64,000 nt of DNA from Mobula hypostoma (lineage: Eukaryota), in contig NC_086101.1 in NCBI RefSeq assembly GCF_963921235.1, positions 6,884,001 through 6,948,000 of the forward strand. The letters run 5' to 3'. The position numbers and the translations under genes were made by a program. Under the pieces are notes generated by a model. That model ran no database searches and was not told the DNA's origin. It worked only from the letters and a program-made list of their open reading frames with translations. Shown piece after piece: positions 12,097 to 25,169 of the stretch (position 1 is its first letter; the number at the start of each line of letters is the position of its first letter).

Positions 12097-12229
12097 CCAA
12101 ATTTCTGTTTTCCATTCTGTGACACCCTCTGAGAGAGATGCCCAAACCAGTACGAGATGCGAGGTCGTATTGTGGGTCTCAGGGTGAAGAAGCAGCCAGG
12201 ACATCCTGAGGTGAAAAGTCTTCATCTCC
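12097..12229 (-). other. Candidate exon of an unknown minus-strand spliced transcript
   Basis: Acceptor ctcacatttcAG and donor GG|GTAAGT. Only one frame is open (EMKTFHLRMSWLLLHPE...WKTEIW), phase 2 to 0. Confidence 0.35.
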
Positions 12230-12607
12230 CTGAAATGTGAGTCAATCAGTCTGACCTACTGCACAAAGGACATGAGAGGTCACATTGATCAGCTGTAAAG
12301 CCAACCATATTTTGTAAAACCGCAGAGAGACGAGGGATGGTGTTGTATCCCCGTATTGTTTCGTTGTTGCTCTGTGAATTGTTCTGCTGAATATTGCCAG
12401 AGTATGATGGACGGACTACTGATCTCACCCGTCTACTTGGTTATGTTCGCACACTTCATTGTCTTCCTGCACTGTACATTCCCTGTCACTGTAACACTTT
12501 ATTCTGCAATATGTTACTGCGTTTCTCTTGCATTTCTTCAACGCACCGATGTGATGAAATAATCTGTAGGGAAGGCATGCAAAACAAAGTATTTCACTGT
12601 ACCTCCG

Positions 12608-12915
12608 TACCTGTGACAACGACAAGCTATTTTACCAATGTGCATTCACTGTCTACAACATGCACTGTCAGGGTTACTCTGAAAGGACTCCGAAGGACAT
12701 CTCCATAAGACAACCTATGTCGAGTGGCAGGAAAGCAGGAGCAACAAGATGCCTTCAATGCAACTTAGAGTCTTAAATAACACAGTACCTGTGACAATGA
12801 CGAACCATTTTCCCAATGTGCACGCACTGTCTACAAAATGCAAAGTCAGGGCTACTCTGCTACTCGAGGGGCAGGAAACCAGGAGCAACAAGGTGCCTTT
12901 AATACACCTTAAGTC
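12608..12915. repeat. Imperfect local tandem duplication
   Basis: ACCTGTGACAA...CACTGTCTACAA...GTCAGGG.TACTCTG...CGAG.GGCAGGAAA.CAGGAGCAACAAG.TGCCTT occurs at about 12608 and again at about 12786. The first unit carries an extra internal segment. Confidence 0.75.
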
Positions 12916-13509
12916 AACGGTGTGAACACAGGGAAGCATGCATCCCCAAGAGGGAGTTCAGAACGAGGCACCAATTTCAACACTTATGACCTGTATTTAT
13001 CACAGGACCCAGGCTGGTTGAGGGTTAAACCAGACGGAGCTTCTTCCGTGAGAAGCGACGGAAAGTGATGAAGGAGTGGGAAATGATGAGAACCAGAAAT
13101 GTTTGCTCAGCGTGACAGTGGGATTTCTGAACACCGATGAGCAGAGGAGGGTGTCACTGTCAGTTTAAATATAAACTTCCCCTGTAGTCTTACAGCCTCC
13201 CCAGAATATCTAAACCCCGTAGGTTCAGGGGAAATGAGGTGGCATTGATTTTCATCAGTGAGGTCATCAATCTCTCCCCTTCCAGCCTCCCTGACTGGAT
13301 TAGACTCCGGGGCTTGATGGCGGGGTGTTCAGCTGTGTCTGAGGCTGTGAGAGCTGATGGTGACGGTGGATCAGAAGGTGTGAGTAGGCGAGGAGCTGGT
13401 TGGCCTCTGAGTGCTAGAATGGAGCATCCACCGGTCTCCAAGGGCCAAAGCAAGTTGAGTGTGATTGCGTGCAGGATGGGGGTAACAGGTATTGAGGGAG
13501 GCAGAGGAC

Positions 13510-15575
13510 TCTCGGGACTTTCAGCTGCTCAGATATAATTGGAATACAAGATAAGCTCGCTGATAATATTAAAGGAAATACCAGAAGTTCCTTCAGACAC
13601 ATAAAGTGTAAAGGAGAGGTGAAAGTGGATATCAGACCGCTGGAAAACAATGCTGGAGAGGGAGTAATGGGAGAGCAAGGAAATGGCGGATGTACTGAAT
13701 AAGTATTTTGCATCAGTCTTCGCTGTGGAAGACTCTAGCAGGATGCTTCAAGTTCAGGAGTGTCAGGGGTCAGGAATGTGTGAAGTTGCCATTACCAGAA
13801 GGTTCATGAAAAACTGAAAGGCCTGAAGGTCGATCAGTCAACTGAAGCAGATTGTGTAGAACCCCGTGTCAATAGACAATAGGTGCAGAAGTAGAACATT
13901 CGGCCCTTCGAGCCTGCATCGCCATTCTGAGATCATGGCTGATTATCTACCATCAATACCCGGTTCCTGCCTTCTCCCCATAGCCCTTGATTCCCCTATC
14001 CATATCTAGCTCCTTCTTGAAAGCATCAAGAGAATTGGCCTCCACTGCCTTCTGAGGCAGCGCGTTCCACACCTCCACAACTCTCTGGACGAAGAAGTTC
14101 CTCCTCAACTCTGTCCTAAATGACCTTCCCCTTATTCTTAAACCATGCCCTCTGGTACTGGACTCTCCCAGCATCTGGAACATATTTCCTGCCTCTATCT
14201 TGTCCAATTCCCTAATAATCGTGTATGCTTCAATCAGATCCCCCATCATTCTCCTTAATTCCAGCGTGTACAAGCCCAGTCTCTCTAGCCTCTCTGCGTA
14301 AGACAGTCGGACATCCGAGAAATTAATCTAGTGAACCTAGGAATTAATCTAGTGTCCTGAAAGAAGTGGCTGAAGAGATAGTGTAGGCATTAGGAATGAT
14401 CTTTCAAGGATCATAGATTCTGGAATGATTTCTGAAAGACAGGAAAATTGCAAATGCCAATCCACTTTTCAGAAAGGGAGAGACGCAGAAGAAAGGAAAT
14501 TATTGGCCAGTTAGTCCGAACTCAGTTGTTGGGAAGATGTTGGAGTCGATTATTAACGATGAGTTCTCAGGTTACTTGGAGGCACTTGATAAAATAGACC
14601 GCAGTCTGAATGGTTTCCTCAAGGGAAAATTTTGACTGACAAATCTGTTGGAATTCTTTGAAGAAAGGATGTTTCCTACGGTGGGGGTATCCAGAACTGG
14701 AGGGCACAGACTCAAAATTGAGGGGTGACCCTTTAGAACAGAAGTAAGGAGGAATTTATTTTTTAACCAGTAAGTGGTGAATCTGTGGAATGCTCTGTCA
14801 CAGACTGCTGTAGAGGCCGAGAATGAGGGTATATTAAAAGCAGAAGATGATAGATTCCTGATTGGTCAGAGCATCAAGGGATATGGTAAGAGGGCAGGTG
14901 TATGGGGTTGAATGGGATCCTGCATCAGCCATGATAAAATGGCGGAGAGGACTAGATGGGCTGAGTGGCCTAATTCTGCTCGTATGTCTTATGGTCTTAC
15001 AGTCTTAAATAAGAAGCAGGATAGACCAAGGAGAACTGGTTGATGTTGTGTACGCGGATTTTCGGAAGGCCTTTGACGAGATGCCACACTTGACGTTGCT
15101 GAACAGGCTACAAGCCCCTGGTATTACAGGAAAGGCATGAGTGTGGATAAAGCAGTGGCTGATTGGAAGGAGGCAAAGAGTGAGATCAAAGGGAGCATTT
15201 TCTGGGTGGCTACTAGTGATCATTGGTGCTCCACAGAGGTCTGTGTTGTGACAGATTCTTTTTCCGTTACGTGTCAATCATTTGGATGATGGAATTGATG
15301 GTTTTACTGCACGGTTTACAGATGAAATGAAGATAGGTGGAGGGGAGATAATTTTGAGGAAGTAGAGAAGGACTGAGGAAGATTAGGAGAGTGGGTAAAG
15401 GAATGGCAGATGGAATACAGTGTTGGGAAGTGTATGTTCATTCACTTTGGAAGAAGAAATGAAAGGACTAACTACCTTCTAAATGGAGAGAAAATACAAA
15501 AAAACTGAATTGCAAAGTGATTTGAGAGTCCTTGTGCGGGATTCCTTAAAGGTTAATTTGCAGATTGAATCGGTA
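13510..15575 (+). mobile_element. Degenerate CR1 with nested CR1 3' fragments (13871-14340 minus; 14668-15003 plus)
   Basis: RT remnants on the + strand. Minus ORF 13953-14273 reads ELRRMMGDLIEAY...TRGHGLRIRG...NFFVQRVV. Confidence 0.75.
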
Positions 15576-16679
15576 GATTTAAACTTACTGAGAAAAATTT
15601 TTTTTTTAAGAAATCTTAAACTTTGTCAGGTGTACATCAAAACATCGAAACATACAGTGAAATGTGTCATTTACACCAAAGATCAACAGTCCGAGGATTG
15701 TGCTGTGGGCAGCGCTTATGCTGCCTTGCGTCTGGCACCAACATCGTGTACCCACAACTTACCAACATGCCTTTTCAATATGGGAGGAAACTGGATCACC
15801 TGGAGGAAACCCTCATGGTCACGGGAAGAACATGCAAACTCCTCACAGACAGTGGTGTGGAATGAACCCCGGTCACTGGCGCAGTAAAGCTACTCTGTCT
15901 GCCATACTACCGCACTGCCCGGCAGTAGACAAAGTCTAAACACAAGCTGGAAGCACCGACAGGGCAGGACAACCCCAGACCCCAGGGACGCCGCGCGACA
16001 CTGCCTTCGCTGTTTCCTCTCCTGGACTGGTGTAAAAGGCGAGCCCGCAGCTTAGGCCTAGACATCATTACAACTGAGGCCACACAGCTCCCTGCCACCT
16101 GTCTCACCAATAAGCAAGGAAAATGGACTTGCAGTGTCGTACACTGCCAACGTCCAACAGTGTCTTGTGATCTGAAGTAAAACATCGCAGGCAATCACTC
16201 GCTGTTAGAGTACATCCTGTCTTCATGCACTGGCTCCAATGCCTTTCTGTAGCAGACAATAACACACCAAGTCCTGCTCCTCCACCAACGAGCAGCTCAC
16301 TGATGGGCTTGACGTGCAGTACCTGAAGTTCTTAATATCCAGCTTGGCTTGTGATCATAAAAAATACATTAAAAAAGGCAAGCCACCTTCGGTTGTCCCC
16401 GGAGAGGCCGCTGCGTCGGAACTCACCGCCATCTCACTGGAATGCAGAATAAAGGGTCGCAGCTACTGAAAGAGTGCGGTGCAAGTTAAAGATAAAGTGC
16501 CGAGAATCGATCTTCTTCCGCAAGATGTCCTTTCAGGAGTCTGAGGACAGTGGGCTGGAAGCTGTCTTTGACCCTGGTGGGACGGGCTTTCGTATCTTCT
16601 GCCCGATGCTTCTGCAGGTCAAATCATTACAATAGTGCATTGAGGCAGGACAAAGGAAAACGATAACAGAATGCAGAAT

Positions 16680-17575
16680 AAACATAAGAACATAAGAAAT
16701 AGGATCGGGAGTAGGCCATCTGGCCCATCGAGTGCAACGCCATTTAATAAGATCATGGCTGATCTGACCTGGGACTCATCTCCACCTTCCTGCCTTCTCC
16801 CTATAACCCAAATTCCCCTACTGTGCAGAAATCTATCCACCCTTGTCTGACATATATTTACTGAGGTAGCCTCCCCTGCTTCATTGGGCAGAGAACTCCA
16901 CAGATTCACCACTCCTAGGTGTAGCGCTCAGCTCTATCGGCTCGTGTTTATGCCGGGGAAACTCTGTCCGCCCGCCAAACCGTGTCTCACAGTTTGCGTC
17001 GGTGCTGTGTAATGCCACCTGGTACAACCCCACACATCAATTATCAGACAGCACACAATGTACACCTTACAGATTACACTTTATAAATCTGACTGGGACT
17101 GTTAGATAATAGAGATACAATATAAAAGAGAAAGAAAAGGCGTCAGACTCATCAAAGTTCAACTTCTTCGTGCACACAAGTTGGAGCGCAAATAGAGGGG
17201 TCCTCTCTTCACCCTGCGATCCCCTCCGACTCGCCACTTGGGACCAACCACAGTGGTCGACCAGAGCGCTTCCAGCACGTCCTTCTGCTCCCCGGTCTCC
17301 TCCTGAAAACCCCCCAAACACCCCAGCCTTGTGAGACACAATATCACCCACAAAAAGAATAACATGGACACCCATCTGTTCATTCACCCCCCCACCCCCA
17401 TCAATAATATAAACAAGCTGCTAGAAAGGAACCACTGTCTCAGCTGTTAACATTACAGAGAAGCCATTTTGACTAGCCTACGCAGTCACATAAAAGGAGA
17501 AATCCCTTCCATAGGGAAAAACGTTTCCTCCTCATCTCCGTCCTAAATCTGCTCCCCTGAACCTGGAGGCGATGT
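16680..17575 (-). mobile_element. CR1 3' fragment hosting a solo LTR
   Basis: AACATAAGAACATAAGAA tail at 16681. The frame MVNLWSSLP...VDRFL is interrupted at 16916-17515. Confidence 0.75.
16920..17511. mobile_element. Solo LTR (Gypsy- or ERV-type), 592 bp
   Basis: Starts TG(TAG) and ends (TTC)CA. Flanked by the 4-bp direct repeat TAGG (16916-16919 and 17512-17515). It cleanly interrupts a CR1 sequence. Confidence 0.75.
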
Positions 17576-18659
17576 CAAGTGCGGAGCAGGCAGACAATGA
17601 GGTGGAAGACCTTGAATAGGTAAACTGTGAAGTCAAGAGTTCATCAGGAGAACCAACCAACAGTCTTATAACAACAGGATTGAAGTCAAGTTAAACACAG
17701 AAAATGTTGCAGGAACTTATCAGGTCAGGCAGCATCTATGGAGGGGAATAAACAGCTGACGATTCAGGCCATGCACGTTCATCAGGACTGGAAAGGGGCA
17801 GAATCAATAAGACTTGAAACTGTCCATGAGCCTGAAGGTGTGTACTTTCAGGCTTATGTATCTTCTGCCCAAGGGAAGGGGTGGAGAAAGAGAATGTCCG
17901 GGGTGTTTTGGGTCTTCGATTATGTTCGGTCCGTTACCGAGGCAGCGAGACGCCTTTCTGTAATGTACTGAGCTGTGTCCACAACTCTCTGCAGTTTCCG
18001 GCATTCTTGGGCACAGCCGTGGCCACGCCAAGCCTTGGTGCATCCAGATAGGACATGATCCCACAGATAGAGAGGACAATCTTAAGGGGCTAAGTGGTTT
18101 CCTCAAATACTCTCATTTTATTTCCTGGTCTGTGTAGTTTAATGCTTGACACTTCACTGTCTGTTGACGTGGAAAATAATTAGAATTTTTGCTAGTCATC
18201 CCTCACCGAAAGAGATTTGAACTCACTTGAACTTTTACTTTGTGAGATCAGCTGGGTTTGGGATTTGAATATTGTGGTCCTCTGGGCCCTATTGGCTTGG
18301 CTGACACTTAATATCAGCTTAACTTCTTCTCCCTTTGTCCTTTCCCGTTCACTTGAACCAAAAACAGCATGAAAGTGGAAAGTGTGGTCAGAGGGTATCA
18401 CATTGACTCAAACAACATATTTCAATCTCTGTTTTGATGTGACAAATAAAAGCTGCTCGTATCTTCTCTGGAAACGTGGAATAAAGGCAGAGAATATTTT
18501 CTAAAAGGGAGGGATTTCTGAAATCAGAGGTGCAAAGGGACCTAGGAGACCGAATGCAGAATATCCTAAAGGTTAACTTGGAGGTTGAGATGGTAGTAAG
18601 GAAGGCAAATGCAATGTTGACATTCATTTCAAGGGTGTTGGAATATAAGAGCAAAGATG

Positions 18660-21600
18660 CGTGGCTGAGGGATTGGAGCAGGGGGCAGGGATTCAAGTTT
18701 TTGGATCATTTGGACCTCTTTTGGCGCAGGCGTGACCTGTACAAAAAGGACGGGTTACACTTGAATCCTAGGGAGACTAATATCCTGGCAGGGAGATTAG
18801 CGGGGGCTACTGAGGTGACTTTAAACTAGAATGGTTGGGGGGTGGGAATCAAATTAAAGAGGCTAGGCGTGAGGAGGTTAGTTCACAACAGGGGGATAGG
18901 AACCAGTGCAGAGAGACAGAGGGGTGGAAAGTGAGGGTAGAAGCAAAAAGTACTAAGGAGAAAAGTAAAAGTGGCAGGCCGACAAATCCAGGGCAAGCAT
19001 TAAAAAGGGCCACTTTTCAACATAATTGTATAAGGGCTAAGAGAGTTGTAAAAGAGCGTCTGAAGGCTTTGTGTGTCAATGCAAGGAGCATTCGTAATAA
19101 GGTGGATGAATTCAAAGTGAAGATTGTTATTAATGATATGATATAGTTGGGATCACAGAGACATGGCTCCAGGGTGACCAGGGATGGGAGCTCAACGTTC
19201 AGGGATATTCAATATTCAGGAGGGATAGACATGAAGGAAGGGGAGGTGGGGTGGCGTTGCTGGTTAAAGAAGAGATTAACGCAATAGAGAGGAAGGACAT
19301 AAGCCGGGAAGATGTGGAATCGATATGGGTAGAGCTGCGTAACACTAAGGGGCAGAAGACGCTGGTGAGAGTTGTGTACAGGCCACCTAACAGTAGTAGT
19401 GAGGTCGGAGATGGTATTAAACAGGAAATTAGAAATGTGTGCAATAAAGGAACAGCAGCTATAATGGGTGACTTCAATCTACATGTAGATTGGGTGAACC
19501 AAATTAGTAAAGGTGCTGAGGAAAAGGATTTCTTGGAATGTATGCAGGATGGTTTTTTGAACCAACATGTCGAGGAACCAACTAGAGAGCAGGCTATTCT
19601 GGACTGGGTTTTGAGCAATGAGGAAGGGTTAATTAGCAATCTTGTCGTGAGAGGCCCCTTGGGTAAGAGTGATCATAATATGGTGGAATTCTTCATTAAG
19701 ATGGAGAGTGACAGAGTTAATTCAGAAACAAAGGTTCTGAACTTAAAGAGGTGTAACTTTGAAGGTATGAGTCGTGAATTAGCTAAGATAGACTGGCAAA
19801 TGACACTTAAAGGATTGACGGTGGATATGCAATGGCAAGCATTTAAAGGTTGCATGGATGAACTACAACAATTGTTCATCCCAATTTGGCAAAAGAATAA
19901 ATCAAGGAAGGTTGTGCACCCGTGGCTGACAAGAGAAATTAGGGATAGTATCAATTCCAAAGAAGAAGCATACAAATTAGCCAGAAAAAGTGGCCACCTG
20001 AGGACTGGGAGAAATTCAGAGTTCAGCAGAGGAGGACAAAGGGCTTAATTAGGAAGGAGAAAAAAGATTAGGAGAGAAAACTGGCAGGGAACATAAATTC
20101 TGACTGTAAAAGCTTTTATAGATATGTAAAAAGGAAAAGACTGGTAAAGACAAATGTAGGTCCCCTACAGACAGAAACAGGTGAATTGATTATGGGGGGC
20201 AAGGACATGGCAGAGCAATTGAATAATTACTTTGGTTCTGTCTTCACTAAGGAGGACATAAATAATCTTCCAGAAATAGTAAGGGACAGAGGGTCCAGTG
20301 AGATGGAGGAACTGAGCGAAATACATGTTAGTAGGGAAGTGGTGTTAGGTAAATTGAAGGGATTGAAGGCAGATAAATCCCCAGGGCCAGATGGTCTGCA
20401 TCCTAGAGTGCTTAAGGAAGTAGCCCAGGAAATAGTGGATGCATTAGTGATAATTTTTCAAAACTCGTTAGATTCTGGACTAGTTCCTGAGGATTGGAGG
20501 ATGGCTAATGTAACTCCACTTTTTAAAAAAGGAGGGAGAGAGAAACCGGGGAATTATAGACCGGTTAGCCTAACGTCGGTGGTGGGGAAACTGCTGGAGT
20601 CAGTTATCGAGGATGTGATAACACCACATTTGGAAAGTGGTGAAATGATCGGACAAAGTCAGCATGGATTTGTGAAAGGAAAATCATGTCTGAAGAATCT
20701 CATAGAATTTTTTGAGGATGTAACTAGTAGAGTGGATAGGGGAGAACCAGTGGATGTGGTATATTTGGATTTTCAAAAGGCTTTTGACAAGGTCCCACAC
20801 AGGAGATTAGTGTGCAAACTTAAAGCACACGGTATTGGGGGTAACGAATTGGTGTGGGTGGAGAATTGGTTAGCAGACAGGAAGCAAAGAGTGGGAATAA
20901 ACGGGACCTTTTCAGAATGGCAGGCAGTGACTAGTGGGGTAACGCAAGGCTCAGAGCTGGGACCCCAGTTGTTTACAATATATATTAATGACTTGGATGA
21001 GGGAATTAAATGCAGCATCTCCAAGTTTGCGGATGACACGAAGCTGGGTGGCAGTGTTAGCAGTGAGGAGGATGCTAAGAGGGTGCAGGGTGACTTGGAT
21101 AGTTTGGGTGAGTGGGCAAATTCATGGCAGATGCAATTTAATGTGGATAAATGTGAAGTTATCCACTTTGGTGGCAAAAATAGGAAAACAGATTATTATC
21201 TGAATGGTGGCCGATTAGGAAAAGGGGAGGTGCAACGAGACCTGGGTGTCATTATACACCAGTCATTGAAAGTGGGCATGCAGGTACAGCAGGCGGTGAA
21301 AGAGGCGGATGGTATGCTGGCATTTATAGCGAGAGGATTTGAGTACAGGAGCAGGGAGGTACTACTGCAGTTGTACAAGGCCTTGGTTAGACCACACCTG
21401 GAGTATTGTGTGCAGTTTTGGTCCCCTAATCTGAGGAAAGACATCCTTGCCATAGAGGGAGTACAAAGAAGGTTCACCAGATTGATTCCTTGGGATGGCA
21501 GGACTTTCATATGAAGAAAGACTGGATGAACTGGGCTTGTACTTGTTGGAATTTAGAAGATTGAGGGGGGATCTGATTGAAACGTATAAGGTTCTAAAGG

Positions 21601-21958
21601 GATTGGACAGGCTTGATGCAGCAAGATTGTTCCCGATGTTGGGGAAGTCCAGAACGAGGGGCCACAGTTTGAGGATAGAGGGGAAGCCTATTAGGACCGA
21701 GATTAGGAAAAACTTCTTCACACAGAGAGTGGTGAATCTGTGGAATTCTCTGCCACAGGAAACAGTTGAGGCCAGTTCATTGGCTATATTTAAGAGGGAG
21801 TTAGATATGGCCCTTGTGGCTACAGGGGTCAGGGGGTATGGAGGGAAGGCTGGGGCGGGGTTCTGAGTTGGAGGCTCAGCCATGATCATAATAAATGGCG
21901 GTGCAGGCTCGAAGGGCTGAATGGCCTACTCCTGCACCTATTTTCTATGTTTCTATGT
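18660..21958 (+). mobile_element. Young CR1 LINE (end of ORF1 esterase plus APE-RT ORF2 with several lesions), nested in an older CR1
   Basis: ORF1 end WLRDWSRGQGFKFLDH...YKKDGLHLN. ORF2 pieces at 18835-19146, 19251-20048 (VVYRPPNS, MGDFN, SDHN), 20186-21514 (RT) and 21495-21866. Tail TTTCTATGTTTCTATG. The host CR1 reads AAGAGCAAAGATG at about 18647 and resumes TGTAATG at 21961. Confidence 0.95.
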
Positions 21959-22090
21959 ACTGTAATGATGAGCCTTTATAAATCATTGGTCAGGCCACAT
22001 TTGGTGTATTGGGAGCCGTTTTAGGTGCCATATCTTAGAAAGGATGTTTTCTGTAGTAGGAGAGTCTATGACCAGAGGGCACAGCCTCAG

Positions 22091-23190
22091 TTACAAAATA
22101 CACATGGACTAAGATGTTAACTGTCCTGTGTTATCACCAGTGGGATCATCAGTTGATCTGCCACCTATCTTCAGGAGTTTTGGCCTGCTTATGATCAAGA
22201 CTCCCTCGAGGTGGTGGGCCAGCAGTGCTAAAGCACCACCTCCCACTGGTGAGTTTAAAAACTTGGCATCTGCCTCTCTCAGAGTTGTTGGTCACTTCCA
22301 TCCAACAGATAGTCTGCTCTTCAGGTGTCTATGCAACTACTGAAGGGTTTGCAAGATATGTGTACACTGTCTGACTATCTGCCTCTCTGGACATACTTGG
22401 TCCACACCCATGCTGATCCTTTCTCTGCTGCCTCAGCTACAGCCCTGCTGATTGACTTGATCTCTCTTGTCGTGAAGGCAAGGTCACGCAGCCACTTCTG
22501 GAGAGTGAACGCAATAAACCCACGGCAGCCTACTTCGAATGGATAGCATGAGACCTTCCACCTCTGTCTCTGCGCTCTGATCTCAACTCTGCATACTTGG
22601 TTAACTTGCGCTCATGGGCTTCATCGATGTTGTCTTCCCAGGGGACTGTGAGTTCACCAATAACCGCTTCTCTACTGGTGTCAGACCATACGATTATATC
22701 TGGACGCAATGTTGTAAAAGCTATTTGCTCCGGGAAACTGCCTTTCCCGTCCAAGTCAGCCTTGACACACCAATCATTGGCTGAGGAAAGTATGCTGATC
22801 GTGAGCCTATGCTGTTAACCCTTGACTTGGAGCCTTCTTTCACAAATGATGTGCGATGTTCTGTGCAGCATGGGGCATGAGATAAGTTGTGCTGCAGTAC
22901 TCTGTGCTCAGCCGCTTCTGTTATAACTTTGAGAACGTTGTTATGTCTACAAGTGTACATGCCGCTGGAAAGATTGACTCTCATGCAGTCAAAATATGTT
23001 GAAGTGTTCCCTTCTCGGCTCAAGCAGCACATCTGCCTGTCTTATCTTCATACCAGGTGCTGAGGTTGGCAGGTGTTGGGAGCAGATCGTACGCTGCTCT
23101 GCATAAAAAAGAAATGCGGAGCGGTTCCATCTGCCACAGAACATTCCAAGATAGATGTCGCTGTTCAACACTTTCCCACCGGGTCCAAGA
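22091..23190 (-). mobile_element. HERO/NeSL-like (R2 superfamily) non-LTR retrotransposon 3' fragment with restriction-like endonuclease
   Basis: Frames read LWQMEPLRISFLCRAAYDLLPTPANL, YTCRHNNVL and LRPDIIVWSD...IGELTVPWEDNIDEAHERKLTKY (PD-(D/E)xK RLE). It interrupts the host CR1 between CACAGCCTCAG and AATAAAAGG. Confidence 0.8.
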
Positions 23191-25169
23191 ATAAAAGGAT
23201 ATCCATTTACAACAGAGATGAGGAGGGATGTGTTTAGGAGAGGATGGTGAATCTGTGGAATCCATTGGTACTGATGCCTATGCAGGCCAAGCCGTTGGGT
23301 GTATTTTGAGCCGGGGGTAATAGGTATACAAGCTCGTCAGGTTTACTGGGAGAAGGCAGAAGAACGGGGGTTGAGATGGAAAGTACATCGGCCATCATCA
23401 AGCTCAAATTCAAGTTTACTGTCATCTGACTGTTCATATACACAAACGAATCAATGTTCTTCCAGTCCATGAAGCACCCACAAAACATATATCACACACA
23501 TCGCATAAAACAAAATATTACCACAAATTAGATAATAAACTAACATTCAAAATGCATATCAAGTGTGGAGCACAGGTAAATACTGAACAGCTCGCTGTCC
23601 TAGTGACAAGACCTTAGTGGTGGCAGGGTAGTCATTCGTCTCACAGCCAGAGGGTAGAAATTGTTACCCGTCTGGCATTTCTATCCTCATGCTCCTGCAT
23701 CTTCTTCCTGGTGGTCGTGGGTCGAAGAGATTGTGGTGGTGGTGTTCCTCAACAATGCTTTGGTCCCTTTCCATTCAAACCTCCCAGTAAATGTAACAAC
23801 CCGGGGGCAGGGGGAGACCCCAGTGATCCTCTTGGCAGTCTTTACTATCCTCTGTAGGGCTTTGTGGCCTGAGGCCTTGCAGCTTCCTTCTTCTGGATCA
23901 GCATCGAAAGGCAGAGCAGACTCGATGGACTGAATGGCCTCATTCTGTGCCTGTGCCTCATGGTCTTATTGTTCTTGAGATCTTGCAGATGCTGAAAATC
24001 CTGACAACACACAGAAAATGCTGGAGGAGCTCAGTTCAAAGCAAAACTATTACCAAAGTACATTTTCATCACCCTGACATTCATTTTCTTGCAGGCATTC
24101 ACAGTAGACACAAAGAAACACAAAAGAATCAATGAAAAGCTCCACACAAACAAAAAACATTTAATCAATGTGCATAAGAAGACAAACTGTGTGATTACAA
24201 GAAGAAACAATTACTGTTAATAAATAAATATGTAATAAATAACACTGAGAACGAGTTGTCGATTCCTTGAAAGTGAGTCCCTAGGTTGTGAAATCGGTTA
24301 GTTTTGAGGTGCGTGAAGTGGAAAATGAGAGGAGAGTGAAGGATGAGTAATTACCGGAATTTGTAATTATCTACTGTAATTGCCCTGTGCATCGTCTACA
24401 CAGCGGATCATCCGCAGTTGTCAGCGTCTTGTTCTCTTACTTTAGGAACCCATCATCAGCTGTTTCCTACTGACAGGCTTGACTTACTAAGGGTGCTTCG
24501 CCATTGCCGACTTCCTGTGGTGCAAACCCAACACCCCCTCCTCAACCCCCAGACACAGTCAGACTCGGAGGGGGCTTCCCTTCAAGGTCGCCTCCCAGAC
24601 CCGCTGTTGTCGAGCCGAATCCAACGTGACAATGTGCAGAACGGTCCCTCATCGCCCCCTTGTGGTGACTGACAGTAGCTGGGAGAGTCAGACAAACCAG
24701 ATTTTTGTCCCCAGAGACGGTGAAGCAAGCTTGAGAAAACTTTTGTAACCGAATGAAATCAGTAGAAGGCATTTGTGGTGCAGGGAATACGGCCAAGAAG
24801 GTGCCCAAGGGCCTCTTCCTCCTCAGGAGACCAGAGAAGTCTGGCATATCCCTTCGATTTCAAGTTCAAGTTTCATATCAGCTGACTCTACATATATAAA
24901 CCAAAAATAACATTTTTCCAGACCACGCTGCATCCACAAAACATATATCATACACAGCACATTAACGAAAATATTATATTACAATGAAGTTTATAAAATC
25001 TAATTCAAAATGCATGCAATAAACCACAGCACAGGTGAACAGTAAGCGACTTGTTGTCCTAGTGACGAGACCTTGGTGGTGGCAGGGTATTCATTAGTCT
25101 CACAGCCTGAGGGAAGTGGCTGACACCCAGTCTGGCCGTCCTAGTCCTGATGCTCCTGTACCTATTACT

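Noticed and set aside
14319..14356. Short duplication AATTAATCTAGTG twice
   Set aside because: It lies at the 5' junction of a CR1 insertion and is most simply an integration artefact.
18530..18829. ORF joining an RT C-terminus to an esterase-like segment
   Set aside because: It is the junction between an old host CR1 and a nested, 5'-truncated young CR1.
22130..22215. CTGATGA in the HERO 3' tail as a hammerhead
   Set aside because: No intact GAAA box or compatible stems could be drawn.
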